This document shows, one piece after another, positions 1 to 8,638 of a DNA stretch of 64,000 nucleotides. This DNA comes from an uncultured Gammaproteobacteria bacterium (GTDB lineage: Bacteria; Patescibacteriota; Patescibacteriia; Patescibacteriales; UBA12465), in NCBI GenBank assembly GCA_964509735.1, contig CAZDYJ010000002.1, positions 481 through 64,480 of the forward strand. Direction: 5' to 3'. Within the stretch, counting starts at the first letter, position 1. Every line of letters begins with the position of its first letter. The notes under the pieces were generated by a model. The model made no database searches. It was given only the letters and a program-made list of their open reading frames with translations, and was not told the origin of the DNA. Both the position numbers and the translations under genes were made by a program.

Positions 1-602
1 TAAATTGCTACTCGAATAGCATTATAAACTACTAATAAACTAGTTAAAGCAAAAATAAGAATAATGAAAAAACCAACTTCTTTAATGCGGCGAGTAATGT
101 TGCTAATTTTTTCTAAAACAGTTGAGTTATCAGAAAAGTCACGCGACTCTATAATTGGGCTATCTAAAACTCTTAACTCATTAATGAGTAAATTAGATTC
201 CTCTAAATTACTCGGCGCAATAATTAAACTCGGAGACAAAGGATTTTTACCTAATTCTTTAAGAGCTGTTAAAACTTCTTGATTGTTTTGATATTTCAAA
301 CGAAAATCTTCCAAAGCTTGGGCGCGGGAAATATATGAAACTTCTTTAATTCTTGAATTTGCCTCTAAACTTTCTTTTAAGGCAATGATATCTCTGTCCG
401 GTGTTTCCGCTTTAATGTATAAGCTGATATCAATTTTTTCTCTGATGGCAGAAATTGCACTATCACTTATAACTTGAACTGTGATTAAGGTATTGATAGA
501 AAAAAGAGCTAAAAGCAAAATCGTAATCGTGACTATGCTCAGCCAAGCATTGCGAAAAATATCCTGTAAGCTAAATTTTATAATGCGATATAATGAAAGC
601 AT
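1..602 (-). CDS. ftsX: FtsX-like permease, N-terminal part (gene runs off the left edge of the window)
   Basis: Reverse-complement translation from an ATG at 602 gives MLSLYRIIKFSLQDIFRNAWLSIVTITILLLALF..., with no stop before position 1. It lies immediately downstream of the FtsE-like ABC ATPase gene, in the classic ftsE-ftsX order. It is absent from the ORF track because it is truncated. Confidence 0.6.
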   Translation of the reverse strand, partial: MLSLYRIIKFSLQDIFRNAWLSIVTITILLLALFSINTLITVQVISDSAISAIREKIDISLYIKAETPDRDIIALKESLEANSRIKEVSYISRAQALEDFRLKYQNNQEVLTALKELGKNPLSPSLIIAPSNLEESNLLINELRVLDSPIIESRDFSDNSTVLEKISNITRRIKEVGFFIILIFALTSLLVVYNAIRVAI

Positions 603-626
603 ATCTTAATGATTATATTTAAAAAA

Positions 627-1304
627 TTAAAGAAGATATTTTCCCTTTTCCTTATCACTAACAACTCTTCCTCCGTCCATGGTAACCACTCGACGATTTA
701 AGCGATTAACAATTTCCTTGTTATGAGTAACAAGAACAACAGTTGTGCCGAAACGATTAATTCTTAAAAGTAATTCGATAATTTCATCAGCATTAATAGC
801 GTCTAAATTTCCAGTCGGCTCATCGGCTAAAAGAATTTTTGGCTGATGAACTAAAGCACGAGCTATAGCCGCTCTTTGTCTTTCACCGCCAGATACTTCA
901 TTTGGATAACGACCGCCTTTTCCCTCAAGACCAACAATTTTTAAAACACTAGGTACTATTTTTCTAATTTTTTCTCTTGAACCACCAGAAACTTCTAAAG
1001 CAAAGGAAATATTTTCCTCTAAAGTCTTTTTTGGTAAAAGTTTAAAGTCTTGAAAAATAACGCCAATTTGACGACGCAAAAAAGGCACCTCGCGACGAGA
1101 TAATTTGGTTATATCCCAGTCACCAACTATAACCTTTCCTTCGCCAACTCTTTCCTCGCCAATAAGTAAGCGAACTAAAGTAGTTTTTCCAGCTCCTGAT
1201 TGTCCGACAATAGAAACAAATTCTCCAGCCCGAATAGATAAATTAACTTCATCTAAAATTTTATTCTTGCCGTAAAATTTTGAAGCATTTTGAATGGAAA
1301 TCAT
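627..1304 (-). CDS. ftsE: Cell-division ABC transporter ATP-binding protein FtsE
   Basis: Walker A GQSGAGKTT; ABC signature LSGGERQR; Walker B ILLADEPTGNLD. It sits directly upstream of the ftsX-like ORF. Confidence 0.85.
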   Translation of the reverse strand: MISIQNASKFYGKNKILDEVNLSIRAGEFVSIVGQSGAGKTTLVRLLIGEERVGEGKVIVGDWDITKLSRREVPFLRRQIGVIFQDFKLLPKKTLEENISFALEVSGGSREKIRKIVPSVLKIVGLEGKGGRYPNEVSGGERQRAAIARALVHQPKILLADEPTGNLDAINADEIIELLLRINRFGTTVVLVTHNKEIVNRLNRRVVTMDGGRVVSDKEKGKYLL

Positions 1305-1318
1305 ATAATAAAATTAAC

Positions 1319-3106
1319 TTAGAGATTTAAAAATTTTAATCCGTATCTAACTAATTTTTCATTTTCCGCGTCTCGATCAGCTTTAGTTTTTGAATTTAAA
1401 TTAACAACAATTAAATTTCCCTGTGGGCTTTCTACTTTTGTCATCAAACAATAACCCGCCTCATGCAGATAGCCAGTTTTTGAACCGGTTATTTTATAAG
1501 TATCTTTAACTAATAAATTATTAGTGTTTTTTAAATTATGAACTGACTGAGCGTTAATTGTTGTAAAAGAATAACTTGGTGTCGCACTTACTTTCATAAG
1601 TAAATCATCTTTTAATATTTCTCTGGCTATTATAGCATAGTCAGCCGGAGAACTCACATTATCAGGAGACAAACCAGTTGGCTCAACGAAGCGAGTATTT
1701 TTAGCTCCTAATTTAGTCGCATATTCATTCATGCGTTTAATAAACTCATCACGACTTAAGCCACTATTTCTCACTAAAGTTTCAACAGCATTATTAGCAG
1801 AGGCCATAACCGCGCTATAAAATAAATCACCAATTGTCATTGTGTCCCCTTCTTTAACTCTTAGCCTGGCTGATTCCCATGGTTCGCAATGTTCGTAATT
1901 ATAAGCCTCGTCTTGGTATTTATAAGTCACCACTTTTTTAAAATCTGGTTTTAAATCTAAAAAAACTTTAGCAAAAACTATCTTTGATAAACTAGCAATC
2001 GGCAAAACCTTTTCCGCCTCTTTAGAGAAAACTACACTACCATCTTTTTCGTTAATAATTATAGCGGCGCTAGCAGTTATTTCTGGTTTTAATTCTAAGT
2101 TAACTGCTTGAGCTGGCGCTTGACTTAAAGTATTTAAAGCTTCAACTCGAACATTTATAATTCCCGCCGAAGGAGAAGCTAGTTTTTCAAAAGCAACATA
2201 GTCTAAATCTATTACTCTGTCTGGATGAATTTTTCTATCTGGTCCATAATCATTTACAACCACATCAACAGACTTCCCGTTTGCTAAATTATAGACACGC
2301 AAAGTTGTTCCTTTAGGATAATCCGGTGAAGCCGCAAATAAACCATTTTTATATTTATACCAACTAGCTTTACCGGTACTCATTTTTCCCGGCTCGCTTA
2401 ACAAAATTAATTTTCCAGAAACAGAATTACTTTTAAAAGATAAATATCCTTCTTTAGCATTTTGAGTAGTATCTACCTGTGTCCAGGTTTTAGACGAAGC
2501 GTTAAAAGAAAAAACTTTTTTTAAATCATGATTATCACTTGGATAATAAACTCTTAACTCAAGAGGAAAGGCTGGATCATATAAACCATTCGTTGCAAAA
2601 GAATAACTAAAAACCGGACTTAAAGCTTCTAATTGCCAAGGTAAATTCTCAGCCTTATCTTCTAAATCAATATTTAAAATAGCATTAGCTGTAAATGCTC
2701 TGCTATCTCTTTCTATTTTTAAAGACGACTTATTAACTAAATTATTTAAATTTTTAAGTTCCCCGCTTTTTTCTTCTGACTTAGTATTTTTTTCTAAGCT
2801 AACAGTCGGAGCAGAAGAAATTCTAATTCCGTATAAAGAGCCACCTTCTTTTTTTACAACCCGAAAATATTTTATCTGATCCGGAGAGGGAATTTTTTCT
2901 ATTTTTTGTTCTACTTTAGGGGCTTGAGCAATTCTAATTCCATATAAAGTTCCACCCTCTTGTTTTACAACCCTGAAATATTTTATCTGATCAGCTGAGG
3001 GAATTTTTTCTATTGTCGCGGCTTTAACGGGAAGTGTTTGAAAAAATAAAAAGCCTACTAAGATCAGGCTAAATAATAATTTTTTGTTTAATTTATGTTT
3101 TTGCAT
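1319..3106 (-). CDS. Secreted fusion protein: RlpA-like double-psi beta-barrel domain plus D-Ala-D-Ala carboxypeptidase (peptidase S11/PBP) domain, preceded by two N-terminal tandem repeats
   Basis: Signal peptide MQKHKLNKKLLFSLILVGFLFFQTLPVKA. Two ~38-aa repeats (IEKIPS[AP]DQIKYFRVVK.EGG.LYGIRI). RlpA/DPBB-like stretch GKASWYKYKNGLFAASPDYPKGTTLRVYNLANGKSVDVVVNDYGPD...IDLDYVAFEKL. Penicillin-binding motifs SLSK (SxxK), SAN (SxN) and KTG. Confidence 0.65.
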   Translation of the reverse strand: MQKHKLNKKLLFSLILVGFLFFQTLPVKAATIEKIPSADQIKYFRVVKQEGGTLYGIRIAQAPKVEQKIEKIPSPDQIKYFRVVKKEGGSLYGIRISSAPTVSLEKNTKSEEKSGELKNLNNLVNKSSLKIERDSRAFTANAILNIDLEDKAENLPWQLEALSPVFSYSFATNGLYDPAFPLELRVYYPSDNHDLKKVFSFNASSKTWTQVDTTQNAKEGYLSFKSNSVSGKLILLSEPGKMSTGKASWYKYKNGLFAASPDYPKGTTLRVYNLANGKSVDVVVNDYGPDRKIHPDRVIDLDYVAFEKLASPSAGIINVRVEALNTLSQAPAQAVNLELKPEITASAAIIINEKDGSVVFSKEAEKVLPIASLSKIVFAKVFLDLKPDFKKVVTYKYQDEAYNYEHCEPWESARLRVKEGDTMTIGDLFYSAVMASANNAVETLVRNSGLSRDEFIKRMNEYATKLGAKNTRFVEPTGLSPDNVSSPADYAIIAREILKDDLLMKVSATPSYSFTTINAQSVHNLKNTNNLLVKDTYKITGSKTGYLHEAGYCLMTKVESPQGNLIVVNLNSKTKADRDAENEKLVRYGLKFLNL

Positions 3107-3152
3107 TTTAATTGACTTTATTTTTGTATTGGTTTTATAATTTAAGGGAAAG

Positions 3153-3225
3153 GCCCTCTTAGCTCAATTGGTAGAGCAACGGTATCGTAAATCGTAGGTT
3201 GCCGGTTCAATTCCGGCAGAGGGCT
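3153..3225 (+). tRNA. tRNA-Thr (anticodon CGU)
   Basis: Manual cloverleaf. Acceptor stem GCCCTCT/AGAGGGC. D-arm GCTC-AATTGGTA-GAGC. Anticodon stem ACGGT/ATCGT (one G-U pair) with loop ATCGTAA, giving anticodon CGT. Variable loop AGGTT. T-arm GCCGG-TTCAATT-CCGGC. Discriminator T. CCA is not encoded. Confidence 0.8.
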
Positions 3226-3330
3226 CATATTTTTAAAACTAAACTTATATTTTTAAAACTAAACTCGTATTTTAAACTGGAATCATGTTTTAAGTTAAGC
3301 TCATATTTTAAGATCATTAATCTTCTTAAA
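3226..3330. repeat. Degenerate tandem AT-rich repeats (unit approximately tcatattttaaaactaaac) abutting the tRNA 3' end
   Basis: ctcatatttttaaaactaaac / ttatatttttaaaactaaac / tcgtattttaaactgg / tcatgttttaagttaagc / tcatattttaagatc. The first copy overlaps the last bases of the tRNA. Confidence 0.4.
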
Positions 3331-3397
3331 TTCGCCAGCTTATATTTCAAACATCACTGAGTTAACATTTTAAAAAAACTTCCATTTCTCCATCTTT

Positions 3398-3868
3398 CTA
3401 ATTAAAAAAATAGTTCAACCATTTTTTAATATTCTTTTCATTTTTTAAATCAGTGTTTTTGCTTTCTAAGTCGCTAGTTTTATTAATCGTTTCAATAACA
3501 ACTACGCCCTCGCCTGGTTTTTTCATATTTAAACTTAAACGAGCTTGCTCCTCGGCTGCCTCAGGAGAAGAAAGATAATTTAAAAAGTCCTGAAGCTCAT
3601 TGCTTTCTTTTTCATATTCGGCAATTTTATTTTTCATTTCCGCAATTTCTTTTTCCACCACTAAACGTCGGCTATAAGATTTAGCCAAAGGAAAAAATAA
3701 TAAAATCAAAATACCCAAAGCGATAAGCGCGATGAATTTTTGATTTGAAAAAAGGCGGATAAAAAAATTTTCCGACTCATCTACACCCAAAGGCAAAGAA
3801 CGGGTGCCATGTAGGACATCTTTCTTTTTCATTTTTTTATTATAGCACAATTTTAAAAGACTATTCAA
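3398..3868 (-). CDS. Septum-formation initiator family protein (FtsB/DivIC-like)
   Basis: A single TM helix (FIALIALGILILLFFPL) is followed by a coiled coil (EKEIAEMKNKIAEYEKESNELQD) and the FtsB-like motif ARLSLNMKKPGEGVVVIE. The true start may be an internal Met (MKKKD). Confidence 0.5.
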   Translation of the reverse strand: MNSLLKLCYNKKMKKKDVLHGTRSLPLGVDESENFFIRLFSNQKFIALIALGILILLFFPLAKSYSRRLVVEKEIAEMKNKIAEYEKESNELQDFLNYLSSPEAAEEQARLSLNMKKPGEGVVVIETINKTSDLESKNTDLKNEKNIKKWLNYFFN

Positions 3869-3908
3869 TTTATCTTTGTCTTAAAAAATAATTAAAATGC
3901 TAGATTTT

Positions 3909-5498
3909 TTAGCGCGATTTTGGAGTTACCCAGAACCCCATATATTTTCCAAACATTAAACGAATTTGTGCTTCTAAACAAGGAATAGAACCAAAAACAA
4001 CAATCGTTATTGGAATAGCTACCCAGGAAAGAGTAAGCCATAGCTTTTTAAATGGTTTGTTCTTCGGTTTTCTTGGCATTAGAAAATAAGAGATAACGGC
4101 TGACAAAACTAAACCAATCATGGCGATACTCATCAATCTTTGAGTAATAAAAGGTAAATTACCTGATAAAACAGTAGCATTAAAACGATCACCACCTAAA
4201 AGCATGGGCAGCCAACCAATCACACCAATAATCAAAGCATTTGTCGCCCAAGCATGAAAACCATAAACTTGAATAAAAATGTGTTCTAATATTTTTCCCT
4301 TAGCTAAATTTTTATTTTTCCAGCGCTTACTAGCGTTAAAAATTAAATAAGGAATATTTTCTCCGCCCCAAGCCCAGCGTCTTTGTTGTTTATAAAGATT
4401 TAAAGCTGTTCTCCAAAAACCTTTATCACTGGTTACATCCATAGACACCTTAAAATAAATCGGTTCAACGCGGTAATGACCATCATAATGCATAAAGCAA
4501 TGCCAAAAAATTCTCGAATCTTCAGACACATTTTTTGTCCCCCAAAAACCAATCTCATTTAGAGCTTTAAAAGTCATAGAATGAGAAGAATAGGTAACTA
4601 AACTCTCATGACGAGTCTGCATAATCATTTGCCAGAAAGTATTAGAAGAAGCGGCAATAACTGCAAAAAAAGGTGAGTCCCAGATGTTGTTATGATAAAC
4701 CGGCACCGGCTGATAACTACAGCGATAAGGGTCTTCGACTGTTAAAAATTTATAAGTTAAGGCCCAAAAATAACCAGGATCAACTACTGTATCAATATCA
4801 AAAACGCTAACTAATATTTTATCATAATCTAAATTATGAGCATCAATAACTTCTTTTTTTATTTGAGCGGCACACCAAGCCTGATTAGCTCCCTTGCCTT
4901 TTAATTCACCAGAAATACCATCCGGATGGAAAGTGCTAAAAAAATAACCAAAACGATGAGCGTATCTTTGAGAAATTACTTCCGCCTTTCTTCTTACCTC
5001 AGCTAAGCCCGCTCTTTCCTCATAAGCTAAGCCGATAATCATTTTCTCTGGCGGAAAACCGTCCTTTAAAATAGATTCTAAACATTCAGAAATTATCTCT
5101 TCACTCTCTTGATAATTCGGTAAAATAATTAAATGATAAAGATCTGAGTGTTTAAGATTTTGACGACATAAAGCGGTTTCAGGCATTTTCTTATCAAATG
5201 AAGCTTTTTCTAAATTAAAACACTCTTCCTGCCAGTTAATTCTTGAGCCTTGCTTAAGGCGAAAAAAAGAATTTATTAAAAAAATAGCCAAATAAATAAC
5301 TAAAAGAAGCCAATAAACACTAAAAGCAATGATAATATAAGCTACTAAAGTCGGCTTAAAATATGACCAAACAACTAATAAAACTAGAGTTAAAATAGAA
5401 AAAGCACCTGGTAAAACCTCTAAGAAACGATAAAAACGCCGATCTTTGCCCTCTAAATCGGTCGCTTTGCCTATTTTTAAGTAATTTAATTCACTCAT
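3909..5498 (-). CDS. Membrane-embedded family 2 glycosyltransferase (processive, cellulose/chitin-synthase-like, QxxRW motif)
   Basis: TM helices at both N- and C-termini. DxD-like FDIDTV. QQRRWAWG (Q/RxxRW) processivity motif. Cytoplasmic GT-A-like core. Confidence 0.55.
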   Translation of the reverse strand: MSELNYLKIGKATDLEGKDRRFYRFLEVLPGAFSILTLVLLVVWSYFKPTLVAYIIIAFSVYWLLLVIYLAIFLINSFFRLKQGSRINWQEECFNLEKASFDKKMPETALCRQNLKHSDLYHLIILPNYQESEEIISECLESILKDGFPPEKMIIGLAYEERAGLAEVRRKAEVISQRYAHRFGYFFSTFHPDGISGELKGKGANQAWCAAQIKKEVIDAHNLDYDKILVSVFDIDTVVDPGYFWALTYKFLTVEDPYRCSYQPVPVYHNNIWDSPFFAVIAASSNTFWQMIMQTRHESLVTYSSHSMTFKALNEIGFWGTKNVSEDSRIFWHCFMHYDGHYRVEPIYFKVSMDVTSDKGFWRTALNLYKQQRRWAWGGENIPYLIFNASKRWKNKNLAKGKILEHIFIQVYGFHAWATNALIIGVIGWLPMLLGGDRFNATVLSGNLPFITQRLMSIAMIGLVLSAVISYFLMPRKPKNKPFKKLWLTLSWVAIPITIVVFGSIPCLEAQIRLMFGKYMGFWVTPKSR

Positions 5499-5513
5499 AA
5501 AAGAAATAGTTAT

Positions 5514-6095
5514 CTATATCACGTTCTTTCTTTTTAAAGCAAAAAAGCATTTAGCGCAAGCCTTTACATCAACTAAGGCATCATGGGCATCTTCAAAGTC
5601 AATTGCAAAAAGACATTTATGAAGCTCTGATAAATTAGGCCATTTATAAGTTCCTCGGGCATTTCTTATTTTACAAAAATTAGCCGAGCTTTTCATGGTG
5701 CAAATTTTTTCCATATTCTGCATTTCTTCTAAATCATTTTTAAGTCCTAATCTTAAAAATTCTGAACCAATAATTTTTTCATCGAAATTTATATTATGAG
5801 CCACTAAAGTAGCGGAAGTTTTTAGGTCTTCAGAAAATTTAGCCAAAGCCTCTTCTAAAGGAATGCCTTCAGCCTCGGCTCTTTCCTGGCTAACACGATG
5901 GATTTTAGCGACTTCCTCGGGAATAGTAAAACCATTTGGTTTAATTATAAACGTTTTTGAACCCCAGTGATTTCCCTCAGCGTCAAATAATGACCAAGCA
6001 ATTTGAACTAAACGCGGCCAATTTAAAAAATCATCAAGTGGTGCTTGATAATTTTTTGGCAAGCCAGTAGTTTCTGTGTCAAAAAATAAATACAT
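5514..6095 (-). CDS. DnaQ-like 3'-5' exonuclease (DEDDh family)
   Basis: Exo I FFDTETTGLP; Exo II LVAHNINFDEKII; Exo III HDALVDVKAC. Confidence 0.7.
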   Translation of the reverse strand: MYLFFDTETTGLPKNYQAPLDDFLNWPRLVQIAWSLFDAEGNHWGSKTFIIKPNGFTIPEEVAKIHRVSQERAEAEGIPLEEALAKFSEDLKTSATLVAHNINFDEKIIGSEFLRLGLKNDLEEMQNMEKICTMKSSANFCKIRNARGTYKWPNLSELHKCLFAIDFEDAHDALVDVKACAKCFFALKRKNVI

Positions 6096-6101
6096 AATAA
6101 T

Positions 6102-8189
6102 TTAATTATCAAAAGAAACTTCCTCACCTTCAGACAGCTTTTTTTCTCCTGCTCCAGAAGAAGAATTGCTAAACTGATTATTGCTTTGGTTATCTTTAGG
6201 GTTATTAAAAGTTTTTGTATTACTCGGACGCCCCTTAAAATCAACCGGTGATAAATTTTTTAAATCTGACAGAGATATCCAAGGACCTTCATCATTTTTT
6301 TCCAAACTAGCATCATTTCCGCCAAGATATTCTTTTTCTTTAATAATCGTGTTTAATTCCTGTTGTTTCTGAGTTTTTCTTTGCTCTTGTTCTAAACGTT
6401 TTTCCTCTCTTTTTTTACTTAAACAATCTTTGCAGAAAACCGGCCTAATACCATCTGGCACAAAAACAGTTCGCGTTATTTGTCCGCAAGAAGAGCACTG
6501 TGTTTCGTGTCCAGATTTTTCTTCAGAAAAAGATGGGGTTTTTATTTTAGGAGCCGGACTTTCTTGTCTTATCTGACTTTCTTGTCTTACCTGTCTTTTT
6601 TGTCTTAGCGGGTTTTCTTGTCTTACCTGTCTTTCTTGACCTCCTTGACTTTCTTTTTCTGTCCGATTTACTTGGTTTACTTGGCTTCCTTGGCTTATCT
6701 GGTTATCTGCGGAAAAACTATTTACAGGTTTCTGGTTATATTCTTCTTTAGAAAAATTATTAGGCTGCCTTTCTTGATATTCTTCTTTTTTGGTAAAAGA
6801 ATTTACTTTATTATAAGGAGCTGTCGGCCTAAAACCCTCTTGTTTATAATTTTTAGTAGAAACATTATTAGCAATAAAAGTTGTTTCTCTTTGTGTTAGA
6901 ACTTCATCATCGTCTGCATTTTCATGCCATTTCATAATTCTTTCTTCAACTGAATTTTTTTCACTAGCATACTGCTCTCTAGAATAATCAACTACCTGAC
7001 TAACATTATCAGTTTTTTCGTCTTCACGTAAAGGTGCCAAACCTTTAGCGGAAAATGGAGCAGAAGAAATACCGTCAATCATTAACTTTAAATACATTTC
7101 GTACTTAGGTAAATTAACAATATCTTCTTCGGTAAAAGTCGGAGTAAATTCTTTAACTAATTCCTCTGCGTCAGCAGCCCCAACGCGAAACACAACCATA
7201 GTGCCAACGTTACCAAAAACAGCTGGCTTAACTTTTTCGCTAAGCTGCTCTATGTATTGATGAGCTAGAATTAAATTTAATCGGTACTTTCTGGCTTCTG
7301 ATAAAATATTAGCAAAGGAGTCGGTCGAGAAATTTTGAAACTCATCGATATATAAATAAAAATCTTTTCTATCTTTTTCTAAAATATCAACTCGACTCAT
7401 AGCCGCTAACTGAATTTTAGTAATCATCATCGCTCCTAACAATGCCGAATTATCCTCACCAATTCTACCCTTAGAAAGATTCATGATTAAAATTTTACCA
7501 CTATCCATTACTTCGCGAAGGTCAATCGAAGATTTAACTTGACCAATAATATTACGCATTAAGGAACTTGATAAAAATTGTCCTACCTTATTTTGAATCG
7601 GTGAAACAGCCTCAGAAGCAAATTTATCAGCATAACCAGCAAACTCTTTCTCCCAAAAAGCTTTAACAACTGGGTCTTTAATATTAGCTACCACTCTTTT
7701 GCGATAATTTTTATCAGACAACATTCTAACCACGCCTAAAATAGTTGATCCGGGAAAATCAAGAATAGCTAAAATAGCATTACGTAAAATATATTCCAAA
7801 CGAGGCCCCCAAGAATCAGCCCAAAGTTTTTGAAAAACCCCAATTAAACCAGAAGCGACTAAATGTCTTAAATGTGGTTCAACTTGTTCAACAATATTAA
7901 AAGCAATCGGATAGTCCATATCCGAAGGATTAAAATAAATAACATCTTTTATTCTCTCGGTAGGAACGTATTCAATAATTTTCTCAGCTAAGTCGCCATG
8001 AGGGTCAACAACGGCCACGCCATAACCAGCTCTAATATCGTTTACAATCATGTTTTCTAAAACCGTGGACTTACCCATACCGGTTTTTCCAATCAGATAC
8101 ATATGACGACGTCTATCGTCGGTTTTTATGCCGAAACGACGAGCTTCATTACGAAAAGTTGTTTGTGCAAAGACAGCAATCTCTCCCAT
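6102..8189 (-). CDS. P-loop NTPase of the TraD/VirD4/HerA-FtsK (AAA_10-like) superfamily, with a long low-complexity C-terminal tail containing a CxxC...CxxC zinc ribbon
   Basis: Walker A LIGKTGMGKST followed by VVDPHGDL. Walker B-like YLYIDEFQNF. The C-terminal ~260 aa are Q/E/K/S/N-rich with RQVRQE-type repeats. Zinc ribbon CSSCGQITRTVFVPDGIRPVFCKDC. Confidence 0.45.
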   Translation of the reverse strand: MGEIAVFAQTTFRNEARRFGIKTDDRRRHMYLIGKTGMGKSTVLENMIVNDIRAGYGVAVVDPHGDLAEKIIEYVPTERIKDVIYFNPSDMDYPIAFNIVEQVEPHLRHLVASGLIGVFQKLWADSWGPRLEYILRNAILAILDFPGSTILGVVRMLSDKNYRKRVVANIKDPVVKAFWEKEFAGYADKFASEAVSPIQNKVGQFLSSSLMRNIIGQVKSSIDLREVMDSGKILIMNLSKGRIGEDNSALLGAMMITKIQLAAMSRVDILEKDRKDFYLYIDEFQNFSTDSFANILSEARKYRLNLILAHQYIEQLSEKVKPAVFGNVGTMVVFRVGAADAEELVKEFTPTFTEEDIVNLPKYEMYLKLMIDGISSAPFSAKGLAPLREDEKTDNVSQVVDYSREQYASEKNSVEERIMKWHENADDDEVLTQRETTFIANNVSTKNYKQEGFRPTAPYNKVNSFTKKEEYQERQPNNFSKEEYNQKPVNSFSADNQISQGSQVNQVNRTEKESQGGQERQVRQENPLRQKRQVRQESQIRQESPAPKIKTPSFSEEKSGHETQCSSCGQITRTVFVPDGIRPVFCKDCLSKKREEKRLEQEQRKTQKQQELNTIIKEKEYLGGNDASLEKNDEGPWISLSDLKNLSPVDFKGRPSNTKTFNNPKDNQSNNQFSNSSSGAGEKKLSEGEEVSFDN
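6560..6700. repeat. In-frame tandem nucleotide repeats (unit ~ttcttgtcttacctgtct) inside the ATPase tail
   Basis: Repeated cttgtcttatctgactttcttgtcttacctgtcttttttgtcttagc...ttcttgtcttacctgtctttcttgacc, encoding QERQVRQENPLRQKRQVRQESQIRQE. Confidence 0.5.
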
Positions 8190-8209
8190 GTTTTTAAAAA
8201 TTAATAAGC

Positions 8210-8617
8210 TTATCTAAAATTATTTCTCTGCTCGACTATTTGATTAACTTGGTCCTGATAAACGCTAATCGTATCTTGCAGATAATCAAAAACAAAGTTA
8301 AAAGATAAAAAGCCAAGAATAACTATTAAAATAAAAAATGTCCATTTAATAGCCGCAAAAATTCGACGCATTTTTACATACCTTTGAACGTAAGAGCTTA
8401 GTTTTTTTATTTCCAGGCTTAATTCTAAATTCTGTTTTTGTAAATTCAAAATCTCCCGAGATATAGCTAATATTTTTTCAGGATTTTTCTTTTCTTCATC
8501 GTTCCTTTTTTGAGAAGAATTTTCTATCGAAGATAATAAAAAATCCGCTGAAGATGTTTTTGTTTTTTTCAAATCTTCTTTTTTTTGAAAAATTTCAGCC
8601 TCTTTTTTATCTTTCAT
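8210..8617 (-). CDS. Hypothetical coiled-coil protein with a C-terminal TM anchor
   Basis: ORF with a Lys/Glu-rich coiled-coil N-terminal half and the hydrophobic segment IFAAIKWTFFILIVILGFLSF. No recognisable catalytic motif. Confidence 0.35.
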   Translation of the reverse strand: MKDKKEAEIFQKKEDLKKTKTSSADFLLSSIENSSQKRNDEEKKNPEKILAISREILNLQKQNLELSLEIKKLSSYVQRYVKMRRIFAAIKWTFFILIVILGFLSFNFVFDYLQDTISVYQDQVNQIVEQRNNFR

Positions 8618-8638
8618 ATTCTTAAAATTATAAAACCA

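Noticed and set aside
64-282. 72-aa plus-strand ORF at the left edge
   Set aside because: It lies entirely inside the minus-strand FtsX-like reading frame, which has a coherent membrane-protein translation and operon context with ftsE. Low-complexity, likely spurious.
6560-6700. Possible CRISPR array or minisatellite suggested by tandem ~18-nt repeats; likewise 62880-63010 and 24960-25210
   Set aside because: The repeats are contiguous with no unique spacers, lie in-frame inside coding sequences and translate into peptide repeats (RQVRQE, DFxFE, TSP3 units). There are no cas genes in the window. They are coding tandem repeats, not CRISPR.
6023-6899. Three ORFs (6023-6244 minus, 6181-6372 plus, 6618-6899 plus) overlapping the 3' region of the ATPase gene
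   Set aside because: They overlap the DnaQ-like and ATPase ORFs in alternative frames. The translations are low-complexity (poly-F/L/K) with no motifs, and arise from the repetitive AT-rich tail-encoding DNA.
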